Of a stretch of 64,000 nucleotides of DNA, positions 14,493 to 29,289 are shown one piece after another. The stretch lies in contig OZ024746.1 of assembly GCA_964016885.1 (NCBI GenBank), positions 17,732,001 through 17,796,000 on the forward strand, written 5' to 3'. The stretch is from Eledone cirrhosa (lineage: Eukaryota). Each line of letters opens with the position of its first letter. The first letter of the stretch is position 1. The notes beneath the pieces are model-generated. The model had not been told where the DNA came from, searched no databases, and saw only the letters and a program-made list of their open reading frames with translations. The translations under genes were made by a program, and so were the position numbers.

Positions 14493-14936
14493 CTATAGAC
14501 TATATATATTCCATGAAAATAGTTAAAATTCTAAATATATATATACATACAATGTAATTCCCACACTTCTAGATGTTTTAAATAATAATTTTGAATATTT
14601 TATATATATAATCTTTGTTATCTATGTATGTGTGTTTATATATATATAAATACACACACACACACATATATATATGTGTATATAAACACATACATAGATA
14701 ACACAGATAATATATAAAGTATTTTTATTTATTTTTTTGTGTGGAATATTTAGAATATTTATTGCTGAGAAGATTCCGTCCAAGACATAATGACCAGATT
14801 AAATATTATTAGTCTTTCTCGTCGTTTTAAGAAATAATCCTCAACATCTTATTGCTACATTCTTTCAAAGACTTTGCTTTTGAACAAATCATTTGTTATG
14901 ATTCGAAAATCTCCCTTGTTATACTATGGCGAACTC

Positions 14937-15015
<79 letters not shown>

Positions 15016-15693
15016 CCTTCTGTCCGTCTCGTTCTCTCTCTGTAGTTCTGTTTATCTTTCGTTCTCTCTTTTTCTTTAGTGTTATCTCTCTCTCTCTCTC
15101 ACCATGCCTTCTGTCCCTCTCGTTCTCTCTCCCTAGTTTCTCTCTCTCTTTCTCTCTAGCCTTCTGTCCTTCTCGTTCTCTCTCCCTGGTTTCTCTCTCT
15201 CTGGCCGTCTCTCTCTCTCTCTCTCTCTCTCCAGTTCCCTCTATGCCATTAATAATTTAATAAACAGGTAAACTACCAAAATGCCTCTGTTTTTACAGCA
15301 GCTTCTTCCTTCATTTACAAACTACTGAAATACTATGTTATGGTGGAGTTTCATTAAATGAAAGACAAAGAACCACAATAGTAATAATAACAATAATGGT
15401 AATATTGTAAAACAACACTTTCAAATTTTCATCGATCGCTGTCAGCAAAAATTGTTTCTTTGTCTGGTTATATTTTAAAAATCATATTAATAAATTATAA
15501 GACAAAATTTAAAATTTCAGGAACTATAACACGAGATAAAAGAATTTCTGGGTAGGTAAACGAAGCGTCTTTATATATACTGTATATATATAGTGTATAT
15601 ATATACTGTATATATATATATATATATATATATATGCTGGGTCCGTCAACCCTTATTATATATATATATATATATATATATGATATATGATAT

Positions 15694-15742
15694 ATTCTTG
15701 ATGGTTTCATGCGAATGAAACAGATCTAGTCCCGTGGAAGTC

Positions 15743-15746
<4 letters not shown>
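15694..15746 (+). pseudogene. Degenerate copy of the 15878-15928 hammerhead family
   Basis: attc TTGATGG tttcatgcgaat GAAA cagatctagtcccg TG gaagtcattt aligns base for base, with core mutations. Confidence 0.6.
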
Positions 15747-15795
<49 letters not shown>

Positions 15796-15877
15796 TTTAT
15801 CCCGGGTTCAATCGGGGGTAACCACAGTAAGTAAGGTACTCAATACATAGCAGAGTATAAATATTTCATATAGAAAT

Positions 15878-15928
15878 GGCTTCTACAGAACTAGAACTGT
15901 TTCATTCGGGAGAAGTCATCAGGAAGCC
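15878..15928 (-). ncRNA. Type I hammerhead ribozyme in a 138-bp islet within (TA)n
   Basis: Minus strand: GGCTTC-CTGATGA-cTTCtcccGAAt-GAAA-CAG ttctagtt CTG-TA-GAAGCC; perfect 6-bp stem I, GUA site. Confidence 0.82.
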
Positions 15929-16011
<83 letters not shown>

Positions 16012-16175
16012 CATATATCCAGTGATACTTCAGTTTTCTCCCAAATGAAAATGCTTTTGCACAGACTTAACAAAATAATAGACGTGAAAAAGAAACGAGT
16101 GAGTTAGGAACTAGCATGTGGTCAAAGAAGGCATAGCAATGAACTGAGTGAAGAATTAGAGGGAGAGGGGGAGGA

Positions 16176-16320
16176 GAAGAAGAAGAAGAAGAAGAAGAAG
16201 AAGAAGAAGAAGAAGAAGAAGAAGAAGAAGAAGAAGAAGAAGAAGAAGAAGAAGAAGAAGAAGAAGAAGAAGAAGAAGAAGAAGAAGAAGAAGAAGAAGA
16301 AGAAGAAGAAGAAGAAGAAG
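16176..16320. repeat. (AAG)n microsatellite
   Basis: Direct reading. Confidence 0.97.
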
Positions 16321-16865
16321 AAAGAAAATAAATTTTGGTAAAATTTCTCTGTGAACTTCACATTAAATCTAAACATTACTGCGACTATTCCCTTCCCCCA
16401 AAAAAAATCTACCAGTTTGAAACGTATTCTTTGTTGATGTTCTATTTCTATAAATTTGTTATATTTTTATTTTGGTAATATTTAAGGAAGAAGGGGAGAG
16501 GGCAAGGAGAAGTAAAATAATGGTTAAAATAGAACTAGCCAATTGGGTATATGTGTGTGTGTGTGATTCATATTTTTGGTTGCCTGTAGCCATGGTGGGG
16601 TAACGCGAAAACAAACGAAGGAATGTCAGTTTGGAAATCGCTATTACCAACATTCGTTTTAAGGGTTTGTTTTTAAAAGACAGTCACAAAGAATATAGAA
16701 TTTAGTTTACTAAAAATCTGATTCTATCAAAGAAATTGTGAGTATTGTAATGGATAACAGACGCTAGATAGCTAGATAGACCATTTCTATACAAATTACA
16801 CACATAAAAGAAAAAAACATATGAATATCATGGCACCTTTTGAATAAAAATAATATATATATATA

Positions 16866-16896
<31 letters not shown>

Positions 16897-17284
16897 GCAT
16901 AATATACATTATTATACGTTTTTCGCTTTATTTGCAAGAAAGAGAAATCGATACAGACACATTTAAAGTTAAGTTAAACGTTAAACTCTACAACTTCATT
17001 CATTTATTTAGACAACAACATCTCGCTTCTGTGGTTCCATGCTTTTCACTTGGAATACAAGAACGAGAGGAAAATATTTGGTAAAAATAAAGCGAGGAAC
17101 AATGAGATGAAAACGGTTCCACTTAATATTGACTACCACTACCTGAAGGTTGAAAGGCAGAGGCGACTAATACTTCGATCATCACAAACTTAATTCCACT
17201 GTGTAATGGTGTGTGAATATATATATATATATATATATTCACACGTATATATATTCACACACCATTACAGCACGTTTATTTTCA

Positions 17285-17365
<81 letters not shown>

Positions 17366-17538
17366 ATAAACGTGCTGCGTGGTTGCAAATGGGTTACATA
17401 TGAATAAAGTGGTCCTTCATCAGTGATCTTCCAACCATCACAGGTATTTCTTCGCTATATATATATATACATATATAGTAATAATTATAAATTTGAAGAC
17501 TAAAATCCAAAGAGGGCTCGATAAGGATAAATATATAT

Positions 17539-17591
17539 GAGTTTCAGAAGATCCCGTTAAGGGTGAAAGCAGCGATTCTTTGCTTAAACTT
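17539..17591 (+). ncRNA. Hammerhead-like motif with U4A core variant
   Basis: GAGTTT-CAGAAGA-tCCCgttaaGGGt-GAAA-GCA gcgattctt TGC-TT-AAACTT; all three stems can form. Confidence 0.55.
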
Positions 17592-17618
17592 TAATCTGTT
17601 ATTTTAATAAATATATAC

Positions 17619-17665
<47 letters not shown>

Positions 17666-17690
17666 AATGTATGTATATGTATATATATGT

Positions 17691-17751
<61 letters not shown>

Positions 17752-17843
17752 AACACACATAGAAATGACCACATCTGAAAGAATTGGCCGCATTCACGGC
17801 GCCACTCAACCATTTGGTAATGAAAAATAATAAATCAAAGTGC

Positions 17844-17918
<75 letters not shown>

Positions 17919-18126
17919 CTTTGATCTATGTAGAAAGCGAGGTAAAAATAGGTAAGATTTGAACTCAAAATCACGGAACACTGGATCATTATGATCGTTA
18001 TTATTATTATTATTTATATTATTATTATTATATATATTGTCATAGTATATATCATTATATTCAACCTGATGTTTTAAATATATACACTAAAATTCCGCAT
18101 ACAGTAGTATGGAAGCAAACATATTT

Positions 18127-18203
<77 letters not shown>

Positions 18204-18447
18204 CGTGTGTGTGTGTGTGTGTGTTATTGTAAGGATTCTCTGCCCTGCGGTTAAGATTTTTACCGTTTCCCGAAAAGGTAAAAACTTAACCGTGCCGTAG
18301 AATATCGCTACAATAACATTTATACTACTTTTCTTAGGTATAGAGTTCTAATTTGGATAATGGTATTACTGGTCTTAACTAGTAACATCTCATTTACACA
18401 CACATGTATATACAAGATGTTACACACACACACATACACATACACAC

Positions 18448-18478
<31 letters not shown>

Positions 18479-18642
18479 CATATATATATACATATATATA
18501 CATATATATCAAGCACGTGTTAAGAGAACGACGAGCGGGATTTGAAAAGAATATTTCGGCGTATTTTTAACTAAATAAAATAGTGTGGTTCTACGCCACG
18601 TTAGACTATGTCGAAAATGACAACCCCACCCCCCATTTTAGA

Positions 18643-18756
<114 letters not shown>

Positions 18757-18965
18757 CACACACTCACGAGCTCATACATGCTGAGGCGCGAACAAAAAAA
18801 AAAAAAAGAATAGATTGGATTGTATGAAAAAAAGGCATCGTGTGAGTAATAATTATGGTTAGTCTTGTGAATAGAATTTAATATTGCAATGTTTTAAGTC
18901 ATAATTTCGTCATGAATAAGCCTATATATACATATATATATATAATGTATGTATATATATATCTC

Positions 18966-18998
<33 letters not shown>

Positions 18999-19087
18999 AT
19001 CTATATATATTAATGTACGCAGATCTTCAGATGTATGTAATAACTTAGGTGATGTGATGTGAGAGAGTATTGCGAAAGACAAATGTT

Positions 19088-19123
<36 letters not shown>

Positions 19124-19128
19124 TCATC

Positions 19129-19160
<32 letters not shown>

Positions 19161-19167
19161 AGTCATC

Positions 19168-19203
<36 letters not shown>

Positions 19204-19316
19204 AAACACTTGCATGAGAAGGGAGGGGGAGTGGAGTCTTCTCTGAAGACTTGCTGTCCAGCTCTCCTGAGAGTTTCTTACCGATATATAGATAGATATA
19301 GATATAGATATAGATA

Positions 19317-19379
<63 letters not shown>

Positions 19380-20957
19380 GAAAATTGACTTTCTCTGATT
19401 ATCTATGTGATGTTTGCACTGGCGACCATCACCACCAATATCAATATTATTAATAGTAGTCGTAGTAGTATAAGTACAGCCGCGATGTGTCATATATTGA
19501 CCGGGCTTTGAAATACTATAATGTATAGTAGTGTAGTAGTAAAAGGGATTTGTATTTCTATCATTCTTTAGAGCTCAGTAGAGAGTGAGAGAGAGAGAGA
19601 GGGGGGGGAGACTCGCCACACGGTGGTGGCGAGGAGATGAAAAGGGAGACGAATAGACAGATAGATAGATAGACAGAGTGACGGCTAGATAGATAGATAG
19701 ATAGATAGACAGATAGACAGAGTGACGGCTAGATAGATAGACAGGGTGACGGCTAGATATATAGACAGAGTGACGGCTAGATAGATAGACAGAGTGACGG
19801 CTAGATAGATAGACAGGGTGACGGCTAGATAGATAGACAGGGTGACGGCTAGATAGATAGACAGGGTGACGGCTAGATAGATAAGTGTTCACAACATTGA
19901 TTTGTTATGCAGGCGGCACGATTAAGATGAGAAAAATATAAATGTGGGAGAAGAGAGAGAGAGATGGAGAGATATAGAGGTGAGAGAGAGAGAGAGAGAG
20001 GAGATATATAGATAGAGAGAGAGAGTGGTGGCGAGATAGAGAGGAAATAGATAGATAGATAGAGAGAGAGAGAGAGAGTGTGTGCTTGTAAAAGTGAAAA
20101 CTACTGTGTTCACTAGAAAACAATAATAGTAATAATAGTAATAATAGTAATAATAGTAATAATAGTAATAAGGTAATGATACACAATGCATAATATTAAT
20201 GAACAGTAAATATATTTATTACTCATTATATATATGTATATATATATATATGTGTGTGTATGTATGTATATATATATGTGTGTGTGTGTATGTATGTATA
20301 TATATATGTGTGTGTGTATGTATGTGTTTGTGTATATATGTATGTGTGTATGTGTATGTATGTATGTGTGTGTATGTATGTGTGTGTGTATGTATGTATG
20401 TGTGTGTGTATGTATGTATGTGTGTATGTATGTGTGTGTGTATGTATGTGTATGTATGTGTGTGTATGCATGTATGTGTGTATGTATGTGTGTGTGTATG
20501 TATGTATGTGTGTATGTGTGTGTATGTATGTATGTGTGTGTGTATGCATGTGTGTGTATGTATGTGTGTATGTGTGTGTGTATGTGTGTATGTATGTATG
20601 TATGTATGTATGTATGCATGTATGTATGTATATGTGTATGTATGTATGTATGTATGTGTGTATGTGTGTATGTATGTATGTATGTATGTGTGTGTATGTA
20701 TGTATGTGTGTGTATGTATGTATGTATGTGTGTGTGTATGTATGCATGTATGTATGTATGTGTGTATGTATGTGTGTGTGTATGTATGTATGTATAACCA
20801 TATGACTTAACATCGCGAGTTGTGAGGAGCGGAACGGAAAATGAAGAAGGGGGGGGGCTAATTCGTGCAATTTAAAAACAAATCTTTAATTTAAAATAAA
20901 AATATATTTTTTTTAAATTTGAAATGACAAATGATGAAAGCGGTGGATCATGTTTAC

Positions 20958-21010
<53 letters not shown>

Positions 21011-21190
21011 GTATATGTATATATATTATTTATATATGTATATATATATATTATATATTTTTTTTTTTCTTCTCTAAAAGATATATTATATATATATATA
21101 CATATATATTTATATATATATATAAATATATATATACATATACATATATACATACATACACACACACATACACACACATATATACATATC

Positions 21191-21226
<36 letters not shown>

Positions 21227-21882
21227 TATACATATATATACATATAATATATATATAATTATTTCTACTTTTGGCACAAGGCCAGCAATATAATATAATA
21301 TATATATATATATAAAATACATACCATTGAGGTAAGGAGAATCTGCGAGGAATCTGCTGTGTACGGAATATAGATGTACAGCCACTAATAATATAATGAT
21401 AGTAGCTGTATGGGTGGTGAAAGCTAAAGCCATTATTGAAAGGGGCAGTTATTTTCTATTATCTTTCGATAAAGTCCATATCGTTGATGAGGTAAAATCC
21501 ACCAGAAAATGTAAACATGGTTGCTTGGTCGGGTCGCTTTCTTGGCTTTTTTCTTTGGTTTCCTTCCGTGTTTTACAGTTTTCTTTTCTTTCTTCCTTCG
21601 GTTCAATGTTGCAGCGTGGAGGGTGCGTCGTGTGAACGAGGTATGGTACGGTGTGGTGGCGTGTGTGTAGAGCGTGTGGAAAGAAGAAAGAGAGAGAGAG
21701 ATAGATAGGTAGAGAGAGAGAGAGAGAGAGTGTGTATTGAAGTGTGTTAAAAGTGTGTAGATGTATATAGTGTGGTGTGTGTGTGTGTGTGTGTTTTAAA
21801 AGGCAGCAGTAGTTCTGTGATAGCAGTTAGAGAGAGAAAGAAGGGTGTGTGTGTTTATAGAAGACGGTGGAACGTGTGTGTG

Positions 21883-21913
<31 letters not shown>

Positions 21914-22048
21914 AAATGTGTGTATGTGAAAGGGTTTAGAATGAAACTGGCAGGCACAAGAGAAGAGATGCTATGTGATGTGATGAGATGAGATGCGGCA
22001 CGGTACGGCATGTATAGTAAAGAGGGATAGATAGATGGAGAGAGACGG

Positions 22049-22099
<51 letters not shown>

Positions 22100-22114
22100 G
22101 AGAAGAGAGATGGA

Positions 22115-22171
<57 letters not shown>

Positions 22172-22614
22172 CGGCTTGATTGAGACGGAAAGAGAGTTAG
22201 AGATATATAGATAGAGAGAGAGAGTGAAAAAGAGATTGGGTGAGAATGAGACAGAGGTCGGGGAGGGGAGACGGAGAACGGAATTACAATTTGTAAGACA
22301 ATCAAAGAAGAAATTGTTTCCCTACACACGGTTATTGAAGCTTGAAATGTTTAGGTGGGGTGCATAATGGAAACAATGTGATGTGCTGCATTGATTTGCC
22401 TTCTCCATTGCTTTTTTTAAATATTTTATTTCTATATTATTTGTATTTTTTTCCTTTCAGGGAGGAGAGAGACATTGGTGACAGAAAATTCCTACTGTAA
22501 TAAACTCCAACTTGGAAATGAAACCGGATGGTAAACAATCGGTTTATTTAGACTAATCGTTATTTTATTACCTTCTTGGATTATAAACTTTTACTGGTTA
22601 CCTATCATATAAAT

Positions 22615-23185
22615 ATTTAACCCTTTTTAATACCAACCCGTCATAAACCTCCACTGGTTTTCTATTAATCAAAACCATCCATTTTAAAGGGTTCATATTT
22701 AAATTAAAATATTCCAACATAATTTTATACAAGAACCTTTTATGTTATGTTACAAATATAAACACTTAACCCTTTTTAATACTAACTTGGCCAAAAAACC
22801 GCCTCTGGTTTTCTATGAAAGAAAACCATCCATTTTAAAGGGTTTATATTTAAATTTGAATATTCCAACATAATTTGATATTTTATATAAAAATCCCTTT
22901 TATACAAATACTCTTTTGATACCTTGGTATCTTTCAACAATTTTATATAAGGCTTTTTTGCTAAGTTATGTTACGAATACCAACTTAACCCTTTTGGTAC
23001 TAACCCCTGTGAAACAGAACCACCCATTTTATAGGCTTCCTATTTAAATTTAAATCTTATAACATAGTTTTATATTTTATATAAGAACCTTTTTTATGTT
23101 ACATATACCATCTTAACCCTTTTGGTACACCCCACCCAACCACCTCTGATTCTATGAAAATACAACCCCTATTTTAAAGGGTTCT
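22615..23185. repeat. Degenerate ~130-220-bp tandem repeat, 4 units
   Basis: ttaacccttt..aaccatccattttaaagggtt..tatttaaatt recurs four times. Confidence 0.7.
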
Positions 23186-23994
23186 TGAGATAATATAATT
23201 GTTTCTACTTTTTGACACAAGGCCAGCAGTTACCCAGTGCATTACTGGTACTTTATTTTATCGACCCCGTAAGGATGAAATTGAGATAATATAATGATTT
23301 ATTCTAACAAGACTAGAAATTTGAAGGCACAATGCCAGCAATTTATATCGACCCGCCACCCCCAAGTACTTGACTGGTACTTTATTTTATCACAGGCACC
23401 AGGCCAGTAATTTGAAGGGGAAGGGAAAGTCAATAGTATCGACCTCAATACATTACTGGTATTTTATTTTATCGACCCTGGAAAGATTAAAGGCAAAGTT
23501 GATTTCGGCAAGATTAGACTTTAGAACGTAAAACTCCGGAAAGTATTGTGTCCGACACTCTACCGATTCTGCCAATACACCGCCTTAATGATTTCTAATC
23601 ATGACTTCTAATTTAGGCACAAGGCCAGCAATTTCAGTCGACTATATCGGGTCAGTCGACTATATCGGGTCAGTCGACTATATCAGACTCCAATATATGA
23701 CTGGTACTTTATTTTATCGACAAGAAGTGGATTCTATTCCTGGACTAGATTGAATGTTTTGTTCTTGAGCAAGACACTTCATTTCATATTGCTCCAGTAT
23801 ACCCAGCTGAAAATGAGTACCAGCAATAGCTGGGAGTTTAACCCTGTGATGGACTGCCGTCCTCTCCATGGGGAAGTTTTGTACTATCAGTCGTTTTACG
23901 CCACGGAAACCGGGATAAGTACCGGCCTATTGAGCCTCTGGGGTCGAGATAGACTTTAGACTTAGAAGGATGAAAGTCAAAAGTGACCAAGTTA

Positions 23995-24310
23995 GGCTTG
24001 AGTGGTTAAAAATTTGTTTTGTAATCTTGAGGTCCCGAGTTTGATCCCATACGTGACATCATGGACAAGTGTCTTTACCATAGCCTCGGGTCGACCCAAG
24101 TTATGTGAGTGAAACTGGATAGACGGAAACTTTATGGACTGTACATGTAATTCAAAGATCCAGCTTTGTCACTTAATATGTCCTGTTGATTCCGCTTAGG
24201 AACTACATTAAGGTGAACACTTTGTGGAATACTCAGCTACTTACATGTTAATTCATGAGTTGATGTTCAGTTGATCAAATAAGTGAATGATGATCATCGA
24301 AACCGACCGA
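23995..24310 (+). mobile_element. Second tRNA-derived SINE family (B), degenerate
   Basis: tRNA-like head, then GGACAAGTGTCTT..ATAGCCTCGGGTCGACC..TGTGAGTG..AGACGGAAACT; related copies at 26715-26975(-), 28388-28510(+) and 34500-34740(-). Confidence 0.6.
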
Positions 24311-24886
24311 GGATCCTTCCATCAGCATCAGAAGCTCACACACCTAGAGAATTTATCCAATCCAGGGCCTTCTCACTCCTGGTAGACCCTCCACCGCATT
24401 CTGTTTAGTTTTGGTTATATCAGGGGTGTAGACGTACTCACCTCGCTTGGATAATTGCGAGTTGGTGAGGCTATTTAAACTATAGTTGGGGTGGATAGCT
24501 GTTGACTCTGAAGAGTTTACCATCCTGACTAGACGGGTCTGGTGGGGGAGACGGTTTAGTGACCAACCACTCGAGCATGAAGCAGGAGTATCCATCCATC
24601 CATCCATCCATCCATACATATATATATATATATGAAATATCCTTCTGTTGTTGACTTTAGTTTTAGGGTTAGAAGAGTGTGGTGAGCGATAGTTGACTGC
24701 TATTTCTAGCTTGTAAAACGAGGCTGGCTGGCTGGTGTTATATATGAAATCATTAAATACAAAGCCTGTCAAAACTGGCTCTCGTGTTTCTATGAAACAA
24801 AACAAGTACACTTAAACGGTTCCTATTTAAGTTCAAATGACCCAACATAATTTTACATAAAACCATATATTAAGTTACTATCTTAG

Positions 24887-25081
24887 TAATAATTGTTTCT
24901 ACTTTTGGCACAAGGCCAGCAATTACCCAGTGCATTACTGGTACTTTACTTTTTATCAACCCCGTAAGGATGAAAGGCAAAGTTAACCTCGGCGGGATTT
25001 GAACTCAGACCATAAAGAGTCGTAACTCTTTGCTGCAAAGCATGGCGTCAGACCCTCTACCGATACTGCCAATCCACTGCC
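24887..25081 (-). mobile_element. tRNA-derived SINE (family A)
   Basis: Near-identical to the 57739 copy in reverse complement. Confidence 0.88.
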
Positions 25082-25143
25082 TTCATTATTACTACTATCT
25101 TAACTATAATAAAGGAATCTTAGTAATAATGAATTAATTAATC

Positions 25144-25803
25144 GTTTGTGATTTGCACTTAATAGGTTTGATGCTGAGTGCTGCATGGCTGAAATGAAAA
25201 TCAGTACTGCGAAAACCGAGACACTCGTCCTCTCAAGGAAGCCTGCACAGTGCACTCTACGTGTGAATAGATTTCCACTGAAGCAGGTGGAGAAGTTCAA
25301 GTATCTAGGGACGGTGTTCACAAGTGGTGGAAGGCAGGAGGTTGAGTTAAGTGCAAGAATTGCAGTAATGCGCCAGCTTCGGCATTCGGTAAACAGAAGG
25401 CGTAAAAGCGAAACTCGCAATCTTCAATTACCTATAGTCATGAATCTTGGGTAATGACCGAAAGAATACGATGGCGAATACAAGCGGTCGAAAATTTGTT
25501 TCTCCGAAGGGTTTTTGGAGAAACGTTACTCGACAGAAAGACACTCCGGGTAGAGACGCTACTTCTCCAAATTGAGAGATCACAGTTTCAATGCTATGGG
25601 CATGTGATTAAAATGTCTCAGGAAAGAATCGCTGGATAGATTTTATAGGCAGGTGACTCAGGGATAGACTCCAAGCAAGATGGTTAGATAACATCCATGA
25701 GTTTGGTTGGTCATGCTTGGGGGTCCAGCCGAATCAATTGGAAGACGGTTGCTTCTGACAAGAAGAAGAAGAAGAAGAAGAAGAAGAAGAAGAAGAAGAA
25801 GAA
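25144..25803 (+). mobile_element. RTE-clade LINE RT 3' fragment, frameshifted
   Basis: MKISTAKTE, LKQVEKFKYLG, WVMTERIRWRIQAVE, LLLQIERSQ..YGHV; ends in (AGA)n. Confidence 0.85.
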
Positions 25804-27054
25804 AGTCCCCCAAAATTCTTCATTAACCAATTGAAATAGAGAGTATTTCATTAGAAATACGGTCGGGAAAAGGGTTAAACGTGTGAAAGGTAAAGAGATA
25901 GAAAAATTGTAATAAATGCGAAAATATTGCCAAGTTTTTGTCGTTGATGTCTGTTAAATGTGATGAATCATCATTTGATGTTAAGGGTGGTTGTGGTGGT
26001 GGGGCTAGAGGTGGGGGGGGGCGATAGGGGAGATGATGGGGGCTGGAGATTGGGGGGGGCTAGAGATTGTGGTGGTGGTGGGGAAGTGATTGGGGGGGGG
26101 GGGCAGATGATGGGGCTAGAAGTAGTGGTGGTGGTGGTGGTGGTGGTGGTGGTGGTGATGATGGCGGGGTTGGTATTAGTATTGTTAGTGATGATGGCAA
26201 CAGTATTGTTGTTGGTGTTGTTGTAATTGGTATTAGTGGCGGTGGTTGTAATGGCGGCGGTGGTATTTGTGGTGGGCCCGAGGTTGTCGTAGTGGTGGCG
26301 GTTGTGGTGTTGGTGATAATAGTGGTGATGGTGGAGGTAGTGGGGTGGCGGTTGTGGTGTTGGTGATAGTAGTGGTGGTGGTGGTGGAGGTAGTGGTGGT
26401 GGCGGTTGTGGTGTTGGTGATAGTAGTGGTGGTGGTAATAGTAGTGGTGGCGGTGGCGGTTGTGGTGTTGGTGATAATAGTGGTGATGGTGGAGGTAGTG
26501 GTGTTGGTGATAGTAGTGGTGGTGGTAATAGTAGAGGTGGCGGTAGTGGTGGTGGTGGTGGTGGCGGCGGTGGCGGTGATAGTGGTGGCGGTGATAGTAG
26601 AGGTGGCGGTGGTGGTGGTGAGGGTGATTGTAGTGGCAGTGGTAGTGTTTTTTGGCGATTCTATAAACCTAAAGCGAAACATCGTAGGGAACTTCAACAT
26701 AATATGACACAGTCGTACATTTAAACAACAAGTACAGTCTTGTATTGTTATGTAAGTGGCTGAGTATTCCACCACAGGCAAGTCAGCGTGACATAGTGTG
26801 TGACAGGGCTGCACATTTGAATCACAGGTATAATGCATCAAACGAGCTTCCACACAGTTTCCGTCTACCAAATTTCACTCACAAGGCCTGGGTTGACACT
26901 TGACCTCTAGATACATCGCAGTGGGATTGAACCCGAGACCTAAGGACTACAGAGCGAACTTCTTAATCCACTAAGTTATGTCTATCTCAATGTTGTATAT
27001 GACTTACTGCAGAAGGACAGAACAGAAATTTACTGCATAAAATATACTTTTGTT

Positions 27055-27435
27055 GTTAATTGATACAGAGAGGGGGATTGGAAGAGTGTTCCGTGTAGTA
27101 GATATAGAGAGGGGGAGAGTTTGGTGCTAATTGATACAGAGAGGGGAATTGGAAGAGTGTTCCGTGTAGTAGATATAGAGAGGGGGAGAGTTTGGTGCTA
27201 ATTGATACAGAGAGGGGCATTGGAAGAGTGTTCCGTATAGTAGATATAGAGAGGGGGAGAGTTTGGTGCTAATTGATATAGAGAGGGGAATTGGAAGAGT
27301 GTTCCGTGTAGTAGATATAGAGAGGGGGAGAGTTTGGTGCTAATTGATACAGAGAGGGGTATTGGAAGAGTGTTCCGTGTAGTAGATATAGAGAGGGGGA
27401 GAGTTTGGTGCTAATTGATACAGAGAGGGGGATTG
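27055..27435. repeat. 71-bp minisatellite, ~5 copies
   Basis: ctaattgatacagagagggg.attggaagagtgttccgtgtagtagatatagagagggggagagtttggtg. Confidence 0.93.
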
Positions 27436-29289
27436 GGAGCGAGTGGTGTATGTTTGACGTATTTATATTTTTGGGTATGCGCTACAATTTATGTAGATGT
27501 TATGTTTATCGGATATCGAAGTTTTCTTACCATTTTAGAGTGCAAAGAGTTAAACTGATCACTACAACTAAATTGACCAAATTTGCCCCTCGCTCCAATT
27601 CAGAAATGCTTCCACAGCTCCCGATTCCTTGACCACTACTTTATATAATATATCTAACTATAAGGGTGATCGCGAATTAGCAGTTTATAAGAAACTGCTT
27701 TTTCAGACTTAATCCAGTATGGGGCTACACAATTATTGAGGGTTTAAAAAGCTTGTTCGTGTTAATATGGTCTTGGGTGAAAAATTACTAGATGGTATTT
27801 CAAAATAGGGACGGAATTGAAGAAAGTAGGGAGTGCAAGGTGCGAGATGTGATCTGGGTCTCTGAGAGAAACTATATAGAGTTGTTAAAGTCTGAAGAGC
27901 TTGCTCATGGTAATACTGTACTCAGGAGAAAATACTAGATGGTAATTTAAAATAGGAGAGAAATTGATGGAACTCGGCATTGCATGGAGAAGAATCTAGA
28001 ATGTGGTCTGGGTCTCTGAGAACCATTACTCAAATGACTCTGTCAATTCGCCGCTCGAAATATAATCGATAAAAAAACAATCTATCTTACCTACATTATC
28101 AGTAAATTGGTCATAAAACAGATAAATGTTCCTATGTATTGTCAACAAATATATTGCAATCACCATTCAGTAATAATTAGCAACGATACAGATCGATCGT
28201 AACAAAAGGATTAAATGGAGGAGAATTCTGTAGATATAAATCAATGAATTATCGAGGGATTCTCACCAGTAATAAATATGAAGATTTTCATCCGATATAT
28301 TTTTCGTTTTTAAAATTTTAAATCACAATAATAAATCACCATTAGTGAATAATTAATTGTAGAGAATATGTAGCCACATGCATTGATTGTGTGGTTAAGG
28401 AGTTCACTTCGTAACCACAGGGCTTCAGGTTCTGTCCTACTGTGTGGAACTTTGCGCAAGTGACTTTTACCTATATAACCCCGACCTGTTGATCAATATC
28501 TTGTGAGGGAATTTTTTTTTCTTCAACCTTCCAGCCTCCTCTTTTTCCTAACTTCACTCTTTCCAGATGAAGGAGCAACGCCTGATACTGTGAGACATTC
28601 CTTTTCTTTTCCCAACAAGCTCGAAACTAATAACATTGTATGAAATGAATACCGCAAAGCATTCTAACGGCGTTCTAACGACTCTGCCAATTCGCTTTGT
28701 GTGTGTGTGCCAAAATTCCACAGACTCGCATACCCTCAAGGAAATTCAGTATGAGACAGAAGGGGACAAAGCTGGCACTTCGAATTACAGGTACAACTCA
28801 TTTTTTTTTCCTAACTGAGTGGACTGGAACAACGTGAAATAAAGTGGCTTGCTCAAGGACACAACGCACTGCCGGAATCGAACTTACGACCGTAGGGTCG
28901 TGACTTCGATTACTTTAACCATTAATCCACACATGTATGTATGATTTAGCCCACTTGGAGTGAGAGACCCCTAGTTCTTGTTAGGACATCATTCTAGGAA
29001 AAGGAAAATTAATGTAAAACCTGCAATTCGATGGCAGACAACAAATTCGACCTGTTCTTCTCTTTGGATAACTGGCCCCATTGTTCAGAGGCCATTTTTT
29101 ACTTAAAATGCTTCAAGCACTGACATCACTTGATAACCTTCACGTGTGTTGTGTGAGCAAGACCTTTTCTTTTTTCTTTCGCAGCAGCATATGCAGAAAG
29201 GAATCTAAGTCCTTGGAAAGGCTAAAAGGTCATGTCCGTGCCACCCATGTATGAGAAAAAGGCCAAGGGATGGCAATTCTCGAAACCGA

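Noticed and set aside
17360-17456. CTGATGA and GAAA on the minus strand as a type II hammerhead
   Set aside because: No valid stem III or NUH triplet (G falls at the cleavage position).
19011-19285. CTGAAGA motifs in TA-flanked islets at ~19024(-) and 19243(+)
   Set aside because: No correctly placed GAAA or closing stems; the same applies to motifs at 2336, 24508, 27892, 41557 and 48823.
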